From Lama glama (lineage: Eukaryota): a stretch of 64,000 nt of DNA. Below the pieces are notes generated by a model. The model was not told the origin of the DNA and did not search any database. It was given only the letters and a program-made list of their open reading frames with translations. Below, one piece after another: positions 1-13,493 of the stretch. A program made the position numbers and the translations under genes. The stretch covers positions 9,674,001-9,738,000 of the forward strand of contig CM052816.1 in assembly GCA_028534125.1 (NCBI GenBank), in the 5' to 3' direction. The first letter of the stretch is position 1. The number at the start of each line of letters is the position of its first letter.

Positions 1-3000
1 TTGTAAATAGTGCTATTATGAACATTATGGTGTAGTTATGTTTTCAAATTAGAGCTTTCTCCAGATATATACTCAGGAGTGGGATTGCTGGATCATATGG
101 TAAGTCTATTTTTAGTTGTTTAAGGAACGTCCATACTCATTTCCATAGTAGCTGCACCAAATTACATCCCCACCAACAGTGTAGGAGGGTTCCCTTTTCT
201 CCATACCCTCTCCAGCATTTATCCCTTGTGGACTTTTGAATGATGGCTATTCTCACTGGTATGAAGTGATACCTCATTGTAGTTTTGATTTGTATTTCTC
301 TGATAATTAGCAATATTGAGCATTTTTTAATGTTCCTATTGGCCATTTATATGTCTTCATTGGAGAATTGCTTGTTTAGGTCTTCTGCCTATTTTTGGAT
401 TGGGTTGTTTGGTTTGTTGTTGTTGTTTTTATTGTTGCTGTTATTAAGTTCTGTGAGCTATTTATATTCTTTGGAAATGAAGCCCTTATCAGATGCATCA
501 TTTGCAAATATTTTCTCCCATTCCGTAGGTTGTCTTTTTGTTTTGCATTTAGTTAACTTTGCTGTATGAAAGCTTATAAGTTAATTAGATCCAGTTTTTA
601 AACTTTTGCTTTTGTTTCTATTGCCTAGGTAGACTGCCCTAGGAGAATATTGCTAATATTTATGTCAGAGAATGTTTTGCCTATGTTTTCTTCTGGAAGG
701 TTTATTGTGTCTTGTCTTATGTTTAAGTCTTTAAACCATTTTGCATTTATTTTTCTGTATGGTGTGAGGGAGTGTTCTAACTTCATTGATTTACATACAG
801 CTGTCCAGCTTTCCCAACAGCACTTGGTGAAGAAACTATCTTTTCTCCATTGTATATTCTTGCTTCCTTTTTTTTTGTTTTTTTGTTTGTTTGTTTTTGT
901 AGATTGCTTGATCGTAAGTGTGTGGGTTTATTTCTAGGCTCTCTGTTGTGTTCCATTGATCCACATGTCTGTTTTTATGCCAATACCATGCTGTTTTGAT
1001 TACTGTAGCTCTGTAGTATCGTCCAAAGTCTGGGGAGGGTTATTCCTCCAGCTTCGTTCTTCTTCAGTATTGCTTTGGCAGTTCTGGTCTTTTGTGATGC
1101 CTTATAAATTTTAGGATTATTTGTTCTAGTTCTGTGAAAAAATGTCCTGAGTAATTTGATAGGGATCACATTAAATGTGTAGATTGCTTTGGGTAGTATG
1201 GCCATTTTAACAATATTCTTCCAATTCAAGAGCATGAGGTATCTTTCCATTTCTTAAAATCATCTTTAGTTCCCTTAATCAGTGTTTTGTAATTTTTCAT
1301 GCGTCTTTCACCTCCTTGGTCAGGTTTATTCCTAAGTTTTTTTTTTTTTCTGTTGTTACTGTAAAAGGAATTTTTTTTTTTACTCTCCTTTTCTGAGTTT
1401 TCATTATTAGTGTAAAGAAATGCAGCTGATTTCTTTATGTTAATCTTGTACCCTGCTACCTTCCCAAATTCTTTTATCAGCTCTAGTAGTTTTTGTGTGG
1501 AGCCTTTAGGGTTTTCTATATATAGTATCATGTCATCCAAATGTAGTGATAATTTTACCTCTTCTCTTCCAATTTGGATCCCCTTTATTTCTTTTTCTTG
1601 TCTGATTGCTATGGCTAGGACTTCCAATACTATGTTAAAAAGAAGTCATAAGAGTGGGCATCCTTGTCTTGTTCTAGATTTTAGTGGAAAGGCTTTCAAC
1701 TTTTCACCATTGAGTATTATGTTGGCTGTAGGTTTGTCATAAATAGCTTTTATTATGTTGAGATATGTTCCCTCTATACCCATTTTGCTAAGAGTTCTCC
1801 TGTTGATGTGGTGTATCATATTGATTAGCATATGTTGAACCATCCTTGTGTCCCTGGCATGAATCAAACTTTATCATAGTGCACAATGTTTTTTGTGTGT
1901 TATTGGAGTCTGTCTGCTAAAATTCTGTTGAGGATTTTTGCATCTATGTTTATCAACAATATTGGTCTGTACTTTCCTTTTTTGGTAGTGTCTTTGTCTG
2001 GTTTTGAAAAGAATGTATATTCTGTTTTGAGGAGATGTCCTAAAAATATCAACTAAGTCCAACTATTCTATTGTGTCATTTAGTATCTCCATTGCTTTAT
2101 TGATTTTCTGTCCAGCAGATCTGTCAAATGATGTTAGGTGTGTGTTAAAATCTCCTACTATTATTGTATTTCTGTTAATTTCTCCCTTTATGTCTGTTTG
2201 TATTTGTTTTATATATTTAGGTACTTCTATACTGGGTGCATATATGTTAATGAGCATATTCTTCTTGTATTGTTCCTTTTATCATATAGAGTGTCCTTCT
2301 TTGTCTTTCTTTGTCCTTTGTTTTAAGGTATATTTTGTCTAATATGAGTATTGCTACCTACCCCTGCTTTCTTGTTATTTCCATTTGCATGAAATATCTT
2401 TTTCCATCTTCTCACTTTCCATCTATGTGTGTCCTTCACCCTAAAGTGGGTCTCTTGTAGGCAGCATATTGTAGGCTCTTGTTTTATTATCCAGTCTGCC
2501 ACGGTATGTCTTTTGATTGGAGCATTTAGTCCATTGACATTTATGGTAATTATTGATAGATGTCTATATTGCCATTTTAAACTTTGTTTTCCAGTTGATT
2601 TTGTGTTTCTTCTTTGTTCTTTTCTTTTTGTTGTTGTTTTTCCTTTTGTGGTGTAATAGTGTTTTTTTGTATTCACTTAATTTCTTTTCTCTTTGGCTTT
2701 TGTGACTCTATTGTATGCCTTTAATTTGTGGTTACCCAGTTTTTGAAGTATGTTAACCCGCTACTATATCCTTTTGCTTTAGACCAGTAATCCTACAGGC
2801 CCAAACACATCCTAAGAAGAACGGTGGGGGGGGTTGTACATTTCCCTGCTCCCCTCTTTGACATTTTATGCTTTTGATGTCTTCTTTTACATCTTCATGT
2901 TTATTCTCTTGCTGTTCATTATAGATACTGCATTTCCAGTTGTGGTGTCCTCTTTTTATAGATTCCTGCTTCTTTTTAATTTAGAGAATATCTTTCAATA

Positions 3001-5371
3001 TTTCTTTCAGGATAAATTTAGTTTTGTTGTATTCTTTTAGTTTTTGCTTGTCTGAGAAATTCTTTCTCTCTCCTATTCTGAAAGATAGTCTTGCTTGGTA
3101 GAGTATCCTACTGTGCAGGTTTTTCTTTCAGGACTTTGAATGTATCTTACCACTCCCTTCTGGCCAGCAGTGTTTCTGTAGAGCAATCAGGTGATAGCCT
3201 TATGTGGGTTCCCTTGTAACTAACTTTGTTTTTCTCTTCCTGCCTTCAGAATCTTTTCTTTAATTTTGGCCATATTAATTATAATGTGTCTTGGTGTAGG
3301 TCTGTTTGGGTTCATCTTGTTTGGGACCCTCTGTGCTTCCTGTACTTTGATAACTGTTTCCTTCTGTAGTTTTGGGAAGGTTTCAGTTATGATTTCTTCA
3401 AATTCCTTTTTGATCCCCTTTTCTCTTTCCTCTCCTTCTGGAACCCCTATTATGCATAAGTTGACACACTTTATATTATCTCATAAGTCTCTTATGTTGC
3501 TTTCATTTGTGTTTATTTGTTTTTCTGTCGGTTCTTCTGATTGGGTGATTTCCATTATCCTACCTTCTAAATCACTTACTCATTCTTCTGCATTATTTAG
3601 TTAACTCCTGACTGCCTTTAGCTCAGATTTTATCTCAGCAGTTGTGTTATCTAATTTTAATTGGCTCCTCTTAATAGTTTTTAATTCATTTTTATAGTAT
3701 TCTGCATTTCTATTGATAGCCTCTCATTTCCTTCAGTGCTTTTATTATCTTCTTTTTGAGCTCAGGATCTACTAAGCTGTCGAGGTCTGTTTCTTTGTTC
3801 TTTCAGGAGACTTTTCTTGTTCTTTTGATTGGGAGTAGTTCCTCTGCTTTTACTTTATTTCTCTGACTCTATGAATTTAGGAGTAACAGTTATCTACTTT
3901 GGTCTTGAAGGTCTTTTTGTTTTAAAGTGGGAGTGTCCCTGTGTAGACTGTGTGTCTATTATTTTGTCATGAGGGCTGTTTTTAGTATGGATGATTGCCA
4001 CGCGTCTTCTCAGTGTGTGCTGGCTGTTACCCCCTGATTAGGGATGTGGTTGATATTGTGGTGACCACAGCCTGCCCTGGTTTAAGCAAGGCCTCCTCTT
4101 TGCTTTGTGGTTGTCACAGCCCTGACAGGGGCCGGGACTGCTTCCCTGTTGTTGGAATAGAGGCTCCCAGACCCGTTTCTGAGCTGTCATGTGATAGGCA
4201 GGACTCGAACACTTCTGCTGGATGAGCAGTTGCTGAGTATACCTCCGCAACAGAGGTCCACCTGACAGTGCTCTCGTTGTCCAGGTTTAGAAAGTATACT
4301 TTGTTGACACTCCCCTTGTCCCTCTCTTAGCCACGGGAATGTTGGCAACTGCCCTGGCATCCCTGAGGTTCTGCACCTACAGTGTGTGTGCAGTCACGCA
4401 CTCAGTCCACCACGAGCCTGGGATCAGACCAGACCCCATCCTCATGTCCGTGTATGCAGGCCCACTGTTAACACAGACTTGCTCCCGCCACGCACCAGAA
4501 CTCTGATTGTCTCAGAGGCACCGATCCACAAAGGCATCAGCAGAACAAATCCACTACCATTGCTTGGGGCTTGACTCAAATCTCAGTCCTGCCTGCAGAG
4601 TCTTGAGACCCCTGGTAATGGATTCATGTTCTAGCCCTGCCTCAGTTTGGGAGCTGCACGCCAGCCACTGTGCCCCTCCAGAGCAAAATGAGAAGACAGC
4701 TGCATCTGGAGCCCTTCCTTCCACTTGTGAGAGCGTGGCGCCTACAGCGGTGCCCAGCAGCACCCTCTGGGCTAGTGGAGATGGCGGCTGTGGCCGGGCT
4801 GTGTTGTGCCCCTCTCTCCATGCACACCAGCAGTGGTGCTCTCTGTTGGGGGACCCAGGCTGTTCTGTTCTGCACACCCAGCCTCAGCCCACACCACACT
4901 CAGCCCCAGTCCTCTCCCTGGGTTCATCCACATAAGGCTGAACTCCAGTACCCAGTCCCGGCCCAACCCCACAGGCTTGCGTCTCAGGCTGGGGATTGCC
5001 TGAGCCCTCTGTGCTGGTTTTTCTCTGTTATGTCTGCCAGGCGCTTGCTGTTTTCTCCTCCAAGCCTCTGGAGACCCCTTTCTTTCTCAGCTGAACTCCC
5101 TGCTGGAGAGGGGGCTTCCTAGGGTGAGGATACTTTTCTTCCTCTGCTGCTCCCTCCCACGGGGACAGATCCTGCCCTGATTTAATTTTTCTTTTTTCTT
5201 TTTTCTTTTCTCCTACCCAGTTTTGTGAGGATTTTCCTTGTAGTTCCAATAGTAAGAAAGTTCAGCAGCTATTTTGTGCGAATTGTTCCATATGTAGATA
5301 TAGTTTTCGTTGTATTCATGGGAGAAGGTGAACACAGTGTCGTTCTACTCCGCCTTCTTGGCAATCTGCCA
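1..5371 (-). mobile_element. Decayed LINE-1 with its 5' end (5'UTR, ORF1 remnant, internally deleted ORF2); continues off the left edge
   Basis: Minus-strand ORF fragments are L1 ORF2: endonuclease (TINVNGLNAPIKRH...CCLQETH, IIVGDFNT), RT ([18 protein letters not shown]) and C-terminal region ([16 protein letters not shown]). GC-richer 5'UTR at about 4000-5370 starts with an AAGAAGGCGGAGTAG motif. Many frameshifts and deletions. Confidence 0.93.
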
Positions 5372-5921
5372 CATTGAATTTAGAGAAGCATTTTCCAAGC
5401 ATGCTGGACTCCCTGTGTAGAATCACACAACATCCTTGATAAAATGGACTAAGTATGTCAAGTAAAGAAGAATTGACAAGTAATTGGAGTTTCATTCGAA
5501 CAATTAGAAAATAAATTACCCAAATAGGACCTCTACTGCAGATGAACTTTTTTTTTTTGGTCAATTTATTACAAAAATACACTTTTAAAATCTTAGGATC
5601 AAGTTAGATTGTTCAGGATAGGTCAGAAATGTCACTGATTTATTTTGATAATGTTTGCTATAAAATTATTACTATATAATTTATTTATGAAATAAATATC
5701 TAGTTACATAGTTATGTAATTCCTAAAAGAATTATGGTGAATGCTGTTAGGTATTATAGGTATTTTGGTTTTCGTGTTCCATTTTAAATGGGTTTATATC
5801 TTTTGAACTATTAAGGTTTCTAGGTAGATAACAGTTCTGCAAAGTTTCTTGTAAATGTAATTATTTCATTCGACACTTAGAACTCAGCAATGAATTATTA
5901 GAATTTCATTATACTTTTTAG

Positions 5922-5942
5922 TTTATTTGATATGTTTTTATT
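5922..5942 (-). terminator. Candidate SPINK7 polyadenylation signals (two AATAAA)
   Basis: Plus-strand TTTATT at 5922-5927 and 5937-5942, about 200 nt past the SPINK7 stop codon. Confidence 0.6.
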
Positions 5943-6142
5943 TGTCAGTCAGTGAGGCAGGAGTCTGGAGGGAGAGCACAGCTTTCTCTGCTCAGCAAAG
6001 ATGACCCTGAATCTTCTGTGCCCCATCCCGAGCACCAGCCCCCGGAACCTCTACCACCATGAAGGAAAAGGCAGGCAGGGCCCAGGGAAGATGGAGATGA
6101 CAGTGGGGATATCACTGCTCTATAGCCATGTCTCTGGTGAAG

Positions 6143-6188
6143 TTAACATTTTCCCTCATGTAGAAGTTGAACTTTTCCGTTACTCTTC
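6143..6188 (-). CDS. SPINK7: SPINK7 coding exon 4 ([14 protein letters not shown])
   Basis: Acceptor tcttcccacag|G; TAA at 6143-6145; carries the sixth Kazal Cys. Confidence 0.92.
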
Positions 6189-9100
6189 CTGTGGGAAGAC
6201 AGTTAATAAGATTCATTAACACAAGAGGAAATTTTATGTAATATTAGAACTGAAAGGAACTATAGAAATTGTGAGGCAGAACCTCATTTTATAGATGAGG
6301 AAAATTAGTTCCTGAGAAGGAATGTCCTTGCCACAGGCACTTTCTGACAGAGGCAGAAGCAGAATTTCCCTAGCCCAGTGATACTTCCACCCCACCTGCT
6401 GCCTCCACCGATCCCAGAGCCCAGGCTGATCAAGCAGTGTTTCACAACAACAAAGAAGGAGGCCTTCTGACAAGGGAAGCTGAGGTGGCCTGCCCCTCAG
6501 CCTTCCCTGGTCAGCAGGGCCTGTGGTGAGGCTGGATCCTGCCTTGGTGAGGATCCAATTTCAACCACATGTCCCTTCAGTGTCCATGAAACAAGCTGGT
6601 TTCTAGGCCGAGGGCCCAATGTGTGGACACATTAGAGAATCTTCTCTTTTGTGAAATAAAAGTTCCTGAATTGGAATAAATATGTAAATATATTCTTCTG
6701 GGCTCAAGCCGTTAACGTATTTTAACTTGTAAAGATAATTACAAAGGTGAAAAAAACCACAAGATCTGAGATGAGTGGCCAGAATCCAGTGGTCTGTAAG
6801 AGAGTTAACAATGAGCAAAGCGAACTTGGTTTAAGACAGTAAATGCTAAATTGCCCATTTTACACCAAGGAAGTGACATCTGCCTGGTTATATTGCCTCC
6901 AAAACCCCTGTGCAGGCCAAAAACAAAACTGAAACAAAACATGTCCATGGGATTCTGGTCCAAGTACTGACAGCTTGCATTCCCCAGTTTCAGAGCAAAG
7001 AAAAAAAATCTTTTTGGTAGCTTTATCCTCCCTGTCCCCCTAAGGCTATAGAAATATCTATAGCCTTAAGAAATTGAGGAGTACAAAGGCCCTCTGGCCA
7101 TATTTTATCTAAGAATCGTCTGAATTATGGCCATTAATTACTCTGGGGACAGTAATTTGAAAGCGCATGATCTTGTTAGACTCAATTGATAGGCAGGAAT
7201 TAGAGGTTCTGCCGTGGAATGACCAGTCCCACCTGGCAGAGCAGGTGGCTCAACCCTAGTCTGACAGTGAGGCAGCAAGTTTTCTCTTTCCCAGCTGCTC
7301 TGGGACAGCACAGTACAGGTTCTGGAGAGTTAAGCAGGCTCGTGGAAAGAGGAAAGGATTACAGTGGAGGACACTGCCCCAGCTTCTTCTCCTTCCCATG
7401 AGGTACTCACAAGTTCTCAATACACAAGTGGCATTCATTCCCGTAGGTGATGTAGTCAGACCCACAAACAGGCAGGTATGTGATGGGGCAGGGGATGGCC
7501 ACCAGTGGGTACTTCTTGTAAATGCTGCAGTCCACCTGCGACAGACACAAGAGAATGTCCTGCTTTTCTCTCGGCTCTCAAGCTAGGCTACCCTGCCTCT
7601 ATTGCACAAGAAGTCAGATACCATCCTGGAGGTCCCACTCTGATATTCTGATGCTGCTGTGACTACTTCTATTGATAATATGACCACTGTGACAAATACT
7701 GGTACTTCCAGCACCACTTCTATTATTGCTAGCACACCCCATTAACAGTTCCTGGGCATTTTTTTTGCTAGGCATTAAACTTAAATCTTACATGAATTTT
7801 CTTTGTTTAATCTTCAGAGCGACTTAATAGGGAAGATTCTACTATTATACCTATTTACAAATGAGAGAAATTTGGGCTTAAGAAGAGAGAACTTGTATTA
7901 CATAAAAGTTAGTAAGTGGTAGGGTGGAAGTTTGAATCCAGAGCCTATGCAGTTAACCAGGGTAACTCTCTCCTGCCTCTCACATGTTGCCCCTTCCTTG
8001 AAGATTCTACCAACCTCCCAGCTGGAAGTCTTCTCTATCTTTTTTAACTCTGGAATATTTTTTTAGGCTATGGTTATTTACATATATGTATGTCATATTT
8101 CTTCAACCGCCTTCTGAAAAGCAGAGGCAGTTTCTTTATCTGTGTCTGCCTTCCCTTTTAGCCCCCTCCCAAACATACGGAGTTAACCTTACATATGTAT
8201 TTCATAAGTATTTGTCAGCTAAAGGACAGTCAATAGGAACTGAAATGAAAGGGTAATTCCGTGTACTCACCTTTGCTAAAGACTGACCAGCAGCTTCTGA
8301 AAGAGAGGTACAGATGGAAATGTTAAAAAATTAAGCAAAGTGGTGAGATCTCAGTATTTAATGTAAATTTGGTCCTATTGATGAAGACGTCACTTCTGGT
8401 GATGAGTTTCAGCACCTATCGCATCCTTTCACAAAATCCAGCTCTTTGCTGAGGAAGCAAATGGCTAACCAAGTCCTTGGTTCAAGTAACAGAATTATCC
8501 AAATTTCCTCCCTTTATTGACCATAGGATGTTTTCTGGAGCTCATTGTGTCTCTGATAATGTTCTAAGTCAGATGGCAATAGGAGCCACTTCTAAGAGCC
8601 TGAAGCACCATCTTTGATATTCTCCCCCTGCTAATTGATATAAAGGAGTGTAATGGAATATCATTAAGGTGTAGAATCTTATTTAAGTAAATTTTTTTAC
8701 CATATAAAAGTTTAATTATTGACTCCTGGGCTTTGGAGAACTGTGTTTTATTTCGATCTTCCTGGATTGATTTGGAGAGACATTCGAGTTTTCCTGCATC
8801 TTTGCGCTGAGGAATAGTATCTGACGTTACCAACAATTTCCAGTGTCCTTATGAAATGTAGGCTTTTAAAAAAAAATTAGTTGGTTTTTTTTTTTTTGGT
8901 TCCATGAATGGGAATAAAAATCCTTGAGAGGGAATGCACTAGATCCAAATTCCCCCAACTCCAAGTGGGACCTAAGAGTTCCCCTTTCCAGGCCAGGGTT
9001 GTTTCTGTTACAAACCAGTACATTTTAAATCCACAGGACAAGATATTTCTCTCAAATGCTTATATCCTGTGAGGGGTTATTTGAGAAAACAAGCTTAATG

Positions 9101-9193
9101 GCTGTTTAGGGCACTATCTACCGTTAACTCACCTGAGCAACTGCAGATATGGATCACTGTACAGAGCAGAAGGAGGACCCCAGTGATCTTCAT
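6143..9193 (-). CDS. SPINK7: Serine protease inhibitor Kazal-type 7; join of complement(9133-9193, 8271-8296, 7411-7535, 6143-6188), 85 aa
   Basis: Spliced 258 nt with GT-AG introns, phases 1/0/2: [85 protein letters not shown]. Six-Cys Kazal pattern; closely matches recalled human SPINK7; lies next to SPINK13 as in human. Confidence 0.96.
7411..7535 (-). CDS. SPINK7: SPINK7 coding exon 3 (Kazal core)
   Basis: Acceptor tgtcgcag|GTG, donor TT|gtgagt; [41 protein letters not shown]. Confidence 0.97.
8271..8296 (-). CDS. SPINK7: SPINK7 coding exon 2 (EAAGQSLAK)
   Basis: Acceptor ctctctttcag|AA, donor AAG|gtgagt; 26 nt, keeps frame. Confidence 0.93.
9133..9193 (-). CDS. SPINK7: SPINK7 coding exon 1 (signal peptide)
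   Basis: ATG at 9193; [20 protein letters not shown]; donor CAG|gtgagt. Confidence 0.95.
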
Positions 9194-9267
9194 GATGGAA
9201 ATGGCTGTGATGCAGAGGCTGTCTGGGCTGTACAACTACACCTGCCATGCCCTAGGAAAGGGTCATG

Positions 9268-9273
9268 TTTATA
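9268..9273 (-). promoter_or_regulatory. Candidate SPINK7 TATA box
   Basis: TATAAA on the minus strand about 75 nt upstream of the ATG. Confidence 0.6.
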
Positions 9274-10597
9274 AGGTGATGCTTTGTTTCTCCGCCTCTC
9301 CTGTGAGGTCATCCAAAGTCAGTCTTGGCTTTGAGAGGCTCTCAAAGCACAATGTCACACCCTGGGTGGTGTTACAGTCCTTGTCACTTAATTGCTACTT
9401 CCTGTTTGCCCAACAAATTGATTATTCAAGATGAGAAGTATTTTTCTGCATGCTCTAGAGGTAGGAATTGTTACTTAGAATTCTAAACCTCATATAGTAA
9501 AAGAGATTTAAGTATAGGCAGCTTGGCTCATTTATGAAATAAGTGAAAATACCAAACTTTATTTCACCAAAATAGAAGATTTTAAACCCAGATGAGACAG
9601 ATTATACTTATGTTTATATTTTAGTTCCTAGGAAAAAGTTTTATTTTTGAGACTGTAAACCTATGAAACAAGTAGGGACGTAGTCGAAGGAACAGTGACC
9701 TTAGCATTTATGAGGCTTGGAGAAAGCCATTGACGTTTTCTACCGTTGTGATCTTGAGTAAGTCAGTTATGTGTATCAGCCAGGAAGGCCTGGTTATGTT
9801 GTAACATAACCCCAAGATTTCAGTGACTTAAAACAATACAAGTTTACTTTTACTCAAGCTGTATACACAGGGTGGTCAGCTGATGGTGCTGCATTGCCTT
9901 CAATGGATTCCAAGTAGACAGGGTAGTCACTGTTTGGAATATTGTTGATTGTCAAGGTGAAGTGAAGATGCTTTCTTACAGATTTCCATTTACAATTGGA
10001 TATTCCAGCTCAAAAGTGACACGAGTATCTCTTTCCCCTCACTATCATGTGGCCTGGAGGTTCTGGAGTGCAGTCTTACCTTGTCTCTTGAAGACCAGAA
10101 AGGGGAGAACCAGAAGTAGTTAGTAGATGACACAGAGACCACCCTGGACCCTTACTTTCATCCCCTGTCCAGTGGGACCTATTGCTAACCACACCGGAGT
10201 TCACATAAAGTGCAGTGCATGTAATTGTTACTGTGATTATTATTATTGACAGGCAATAGTCTCTGCTATGAATTACTGACTTGAGATTGTAAACTGTATT
10301 GTCCAAGCACAGTTATCCAAATGGCCATTGTTTGTCTGTTGGGCTGGAGGACATATGTATGAAAAGCTGGGAGAAGGCAGTAGACTCTGCTCCACCAGTG
10401 CTTTGCTTGGCAGGTTTATTGTAGTACATTCTGAAGCACAGCCATTGAGTCCCATGGATCTTATTTGGAACTTTGTTTCTAATAAACGTTGACCTTTGAC
10501 TTTGAATATGTAGGCTAAGTTCTGGATATTTAGTTTCCTCATCTGTACATGGAAATAATATTTACCTCATAGAGTGGTTTTGAGTGTGAAATGCAAG

Positions 10598-10742
10598 TAT
10601 ATATATGTGTGTGTGTGTGTGCTTGTATATATGTATGTATACACACACACACACACCAGAGACTATATATATATATACACACATATAATGTATATAGTGT
10701 GTGTGTGTATAGTCTCTGGTGTCTATGTGTGTGTTTGTGTAC
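10598..10742. repeat. TG/CA/TA microsatellite complex forming an imperfect palindrome, inside a MIR-like remnant
   Basis: ACACCAGAGACTATA (10653-10667) is the reverse complement of TATAGTCTCTGGTGT (10708-10722); flanked by CA and TG runs. Confidence 0.85.
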
Positions 10743-11278
10743 CAGTGCTAAGGTCATAATTAGAGCTCAGTATAGGGTAACTAATAATATGGAATGTGAT
10801 CTTTATGACAACTCATCGAGGGAGGAATTTTTATTACCCTAATTTTATCAGTGAGTAAGATGAGACTCGGGATTTAAGTAATCTTACCAAGATTATGATA
10901 CTAATTAATGTAGGAAACTGTTGAGTTAAGTCATGGAAAAAAAGGGCAGTGAATGTCCTAATAAAGAGTTAATTATAAGTTTTATTGTTTGCTATGAACG
11001 TTTGGAGATAATGAATACTGAGAAAAAGCCATTATGTTTCAAGCAGAAATTTGCTGGAATTTGAAATGCAGTTGTAGCTAAAAGGATTGGAAATGGAATC
11101 AAAGGGTAATCAGGATGAAGCGAAAAGGTAGATTTTGTTTGTTTGGGTTTTGGTTTTGTTTTGTTTGTTGTTGTTGTTTTAAAATGTTTGATAGTCAAGT
11201 TGGGGAATGGAAGAAGCAAGGCTTCAGCAAGGTCTAGGATGGACTGAGCATATTTTTTTTTTTGTATAAGACTGTTAT

Positions 11279-11941
11279 TAAGACAGGAGGGAAGGGGGTA
11301 GGGCACAACCACTCAAGGAATGACAGCAATTTAACACCAAAATGGTGGAAGATTCACCAAAATGGTGGAAGGTTCACCTCCTAGTTGGCCTTAAGGATTA
11401 AGAGGTTTAACTTCTAGCAGACCTTGAGCTTCATTATATGCTCATTGTAACAATGTGATCAAATAACATGCACACAGGCGCCATGACAGCCCCAAGGTTA
11501 ACCGCAAAAGGCCAAAGAATGGGCGGTGGCCCAACTCCTGGTAGTCCCAGCCCCTTCCCCAGGGCAGTTGGATTGATCCCACCTGTAGGCGTGTGAAGCT
11601 GCTGAAACCATAAAAAGTGACACCACCACACCTAGTGGCCCCTTTGCGCTCTCTCTCCTTTGAAGATGGCCCGCACTCTGTCTATGGAGTGTGTACCTAC
11701 TTTTACTTTTAACCTGAGCACCCAATTCCCGTATCTCTTCCCTTGCTTTTCTCTTGCCTTACACTCTATGTATGCAGTATGTATCACTCTAAATAAATCT
11801 ACCTTTACTCAATGGTGGCTCACACTTGAATTCTTTACTGCGCGAAGCCAAGGACCCACACTTGGTGGGGCATGTCCCAGGGGCTCAACCAAGACCTGGG
11901 GCTTGGCTCTCCTCACACCCCACATCTGTTTTCCTGCATCA
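11279..11941 (+). mobile_element. Solo LTR (ERV1-like)
   Basis: Ends TA(for TG)...CA; 4-bp flanking repeat TTAT (11275-11278 / 11942-11945); CATAAAA at about 11608 and AATAAA at about 11792; internal duplication CACCAAAATGGTGGAAG. Confidence 0.8.
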
Positions 11942-12177
11942 TTATTATATTTCATTTATTTTTTTAACATTTTTTATTGTTATAATCATTTTACAATGTT
12001 GTGTCAAATTCCAGTGTATCATTTTACAATGTTGTGTCAAATTCCAGTGTAGAGCATAATTTTTAAGTTATACATGAACATATATTCGTTGTCACATTGT
12101 TTTTCGCTGTGAGCTACCACAAGATCTTGTATATATTTCCCTGTGCTATACAGTATAATCTTGTTTATCTATTCTAC
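11942..12177 (-). mobile_element. 5'-truncated L1 3' end; the whole insertion including the LTR is bounded by a 17-bp TSD
   Basis: L1 3'UTR-type sequence (TTCCCTGTGCTATACAG, shared with other L1 ends here); TGGACTGAGCATATTTT at 11240-11256 and 12178-12194; 33-bp tandem duplication at 11985-12050. Confidence 0.8.
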
Positions 12178-13406
12178 TGGACTGAGCATATTTTAAAGCC
12201 AAAGGGAAGAAGAAGAAATTTAAGATACATGATGGTGGGTGTCTAGTTAGAGTATAGAAAAGTTAGAAATAAGATGAAGAGCACAGGTGAATCACCATTC
12301 CCTCTTACATGGAAGACAGAGAAGAGTGGATGAGTGTAGAGTCAGATACTGTGAAAAGGAGAGAAAGAAAGATAAAGGGGAACCCATCATAAGGTTGGCT
12401 CTGACTGGTGAGTTCTGGGGTTGCCTTTTGCAGTGGAAGAATCAAATTGGTTTGGAAGCTGGAGAAGAATGAAGAAGACCTGGCACTGACCTTGATGGGA
12501 GCAAGTCAGATAATCAACAAAAGATATAAAAATTAGTGGCCACTAGACAGACTTAGTACTAGTTTTCAGTAGGCCCAGTCAGTACCATGCTTAATATTTC
12601 TCCCCAAATATTCTGGGAGTGAGAAATGGGGAAAAAAAGATGCTTTTATGGATAGAAAGTATGTTCATCAGAGACTTGAGGGGGCTGTAAAGACTATTAG
12701 GCTTGCAAGGGAGTCAAGTGTCTCACAAGGTTCGGATAAACTATGCATGATGCCAGCAGTGTAGGTTTAGAGGTCAAAGTTCAGGTAAATTGTGGACCTA
12801 GTTGGGTGGGGGATATAAACAGTTGTCAGTGGAGGCTGTGGCTAATAGGCAAAGTGCCAGATTTAGTTTCTCAAGGGTGGGGCTGAGATAATGATCCTCA
12901 AGGTGTATCCAAAGATAGAATAGATAAAGAATGGGTGGAGAAGGTCTTTAGATTCAAAAAATGTCTCCTGACCTCTTTGGTCAAGGTCAGAGGATCAGAT
13001 GTCTGGTTGCTTTGAGTTTCGGTAGCTGTTTTTATGGAGACAAAATTTTCAGGCTGCACAGTGAGCCACAAATTTGTGGAGGGTCCATTGAGGGTGAAAG
13101 ATGAAGACTGTGAAGATAGAAAAGCAGTCCATTTCAGACTGAGGGCAGTATGTATATTCCTCCTCCTATTCCTGCAAGGGGTCAGGGTGGGAACTTGAGG
13201 CCTTCTCACAGAGGATCCCTGGGCCCATGGTTCAATTCTAGGGAAGGCAGGATAGAATTAATGCAGGCAAACATAAAAATTAGAGAAAAGTGTGCATGAT
13301 CTCATTTAAGACAGTCTTATGAGACAGGTGCAGTTATTTGCCCTGTTACTCAGCTGAGGCTAGAGGGGCTTAGAGAAGTGGTAGGTTTAAGGTTAAGAAC
13401 CGATGC

Positions 13407-13493
13407 TTTTTTTCTTTAATGGAGATACTGGGGATTGAACCCAGAACCTTGTGCATGCTAAGCATGTGCTCTACCACTGAGCCATATGCACCC
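13407..13493 (-). mobile_element. tRNA-derived SINE (camelid Vic-1-like)
   Basis: Pol III A box (GCTCAGTGGTAGAGC) and B box (GGTTCAATCCC) on the minus strand, A tail, degenerate TSD AAGAxCCxATxCTTTT. Confidence 0.85.

Noticed and set aside
137..5249. Many ORFs, including RT/endonuclease-like and GC-rich ones
   Set aside because: Fragments and antisense frames of one dead L1; not host genes.
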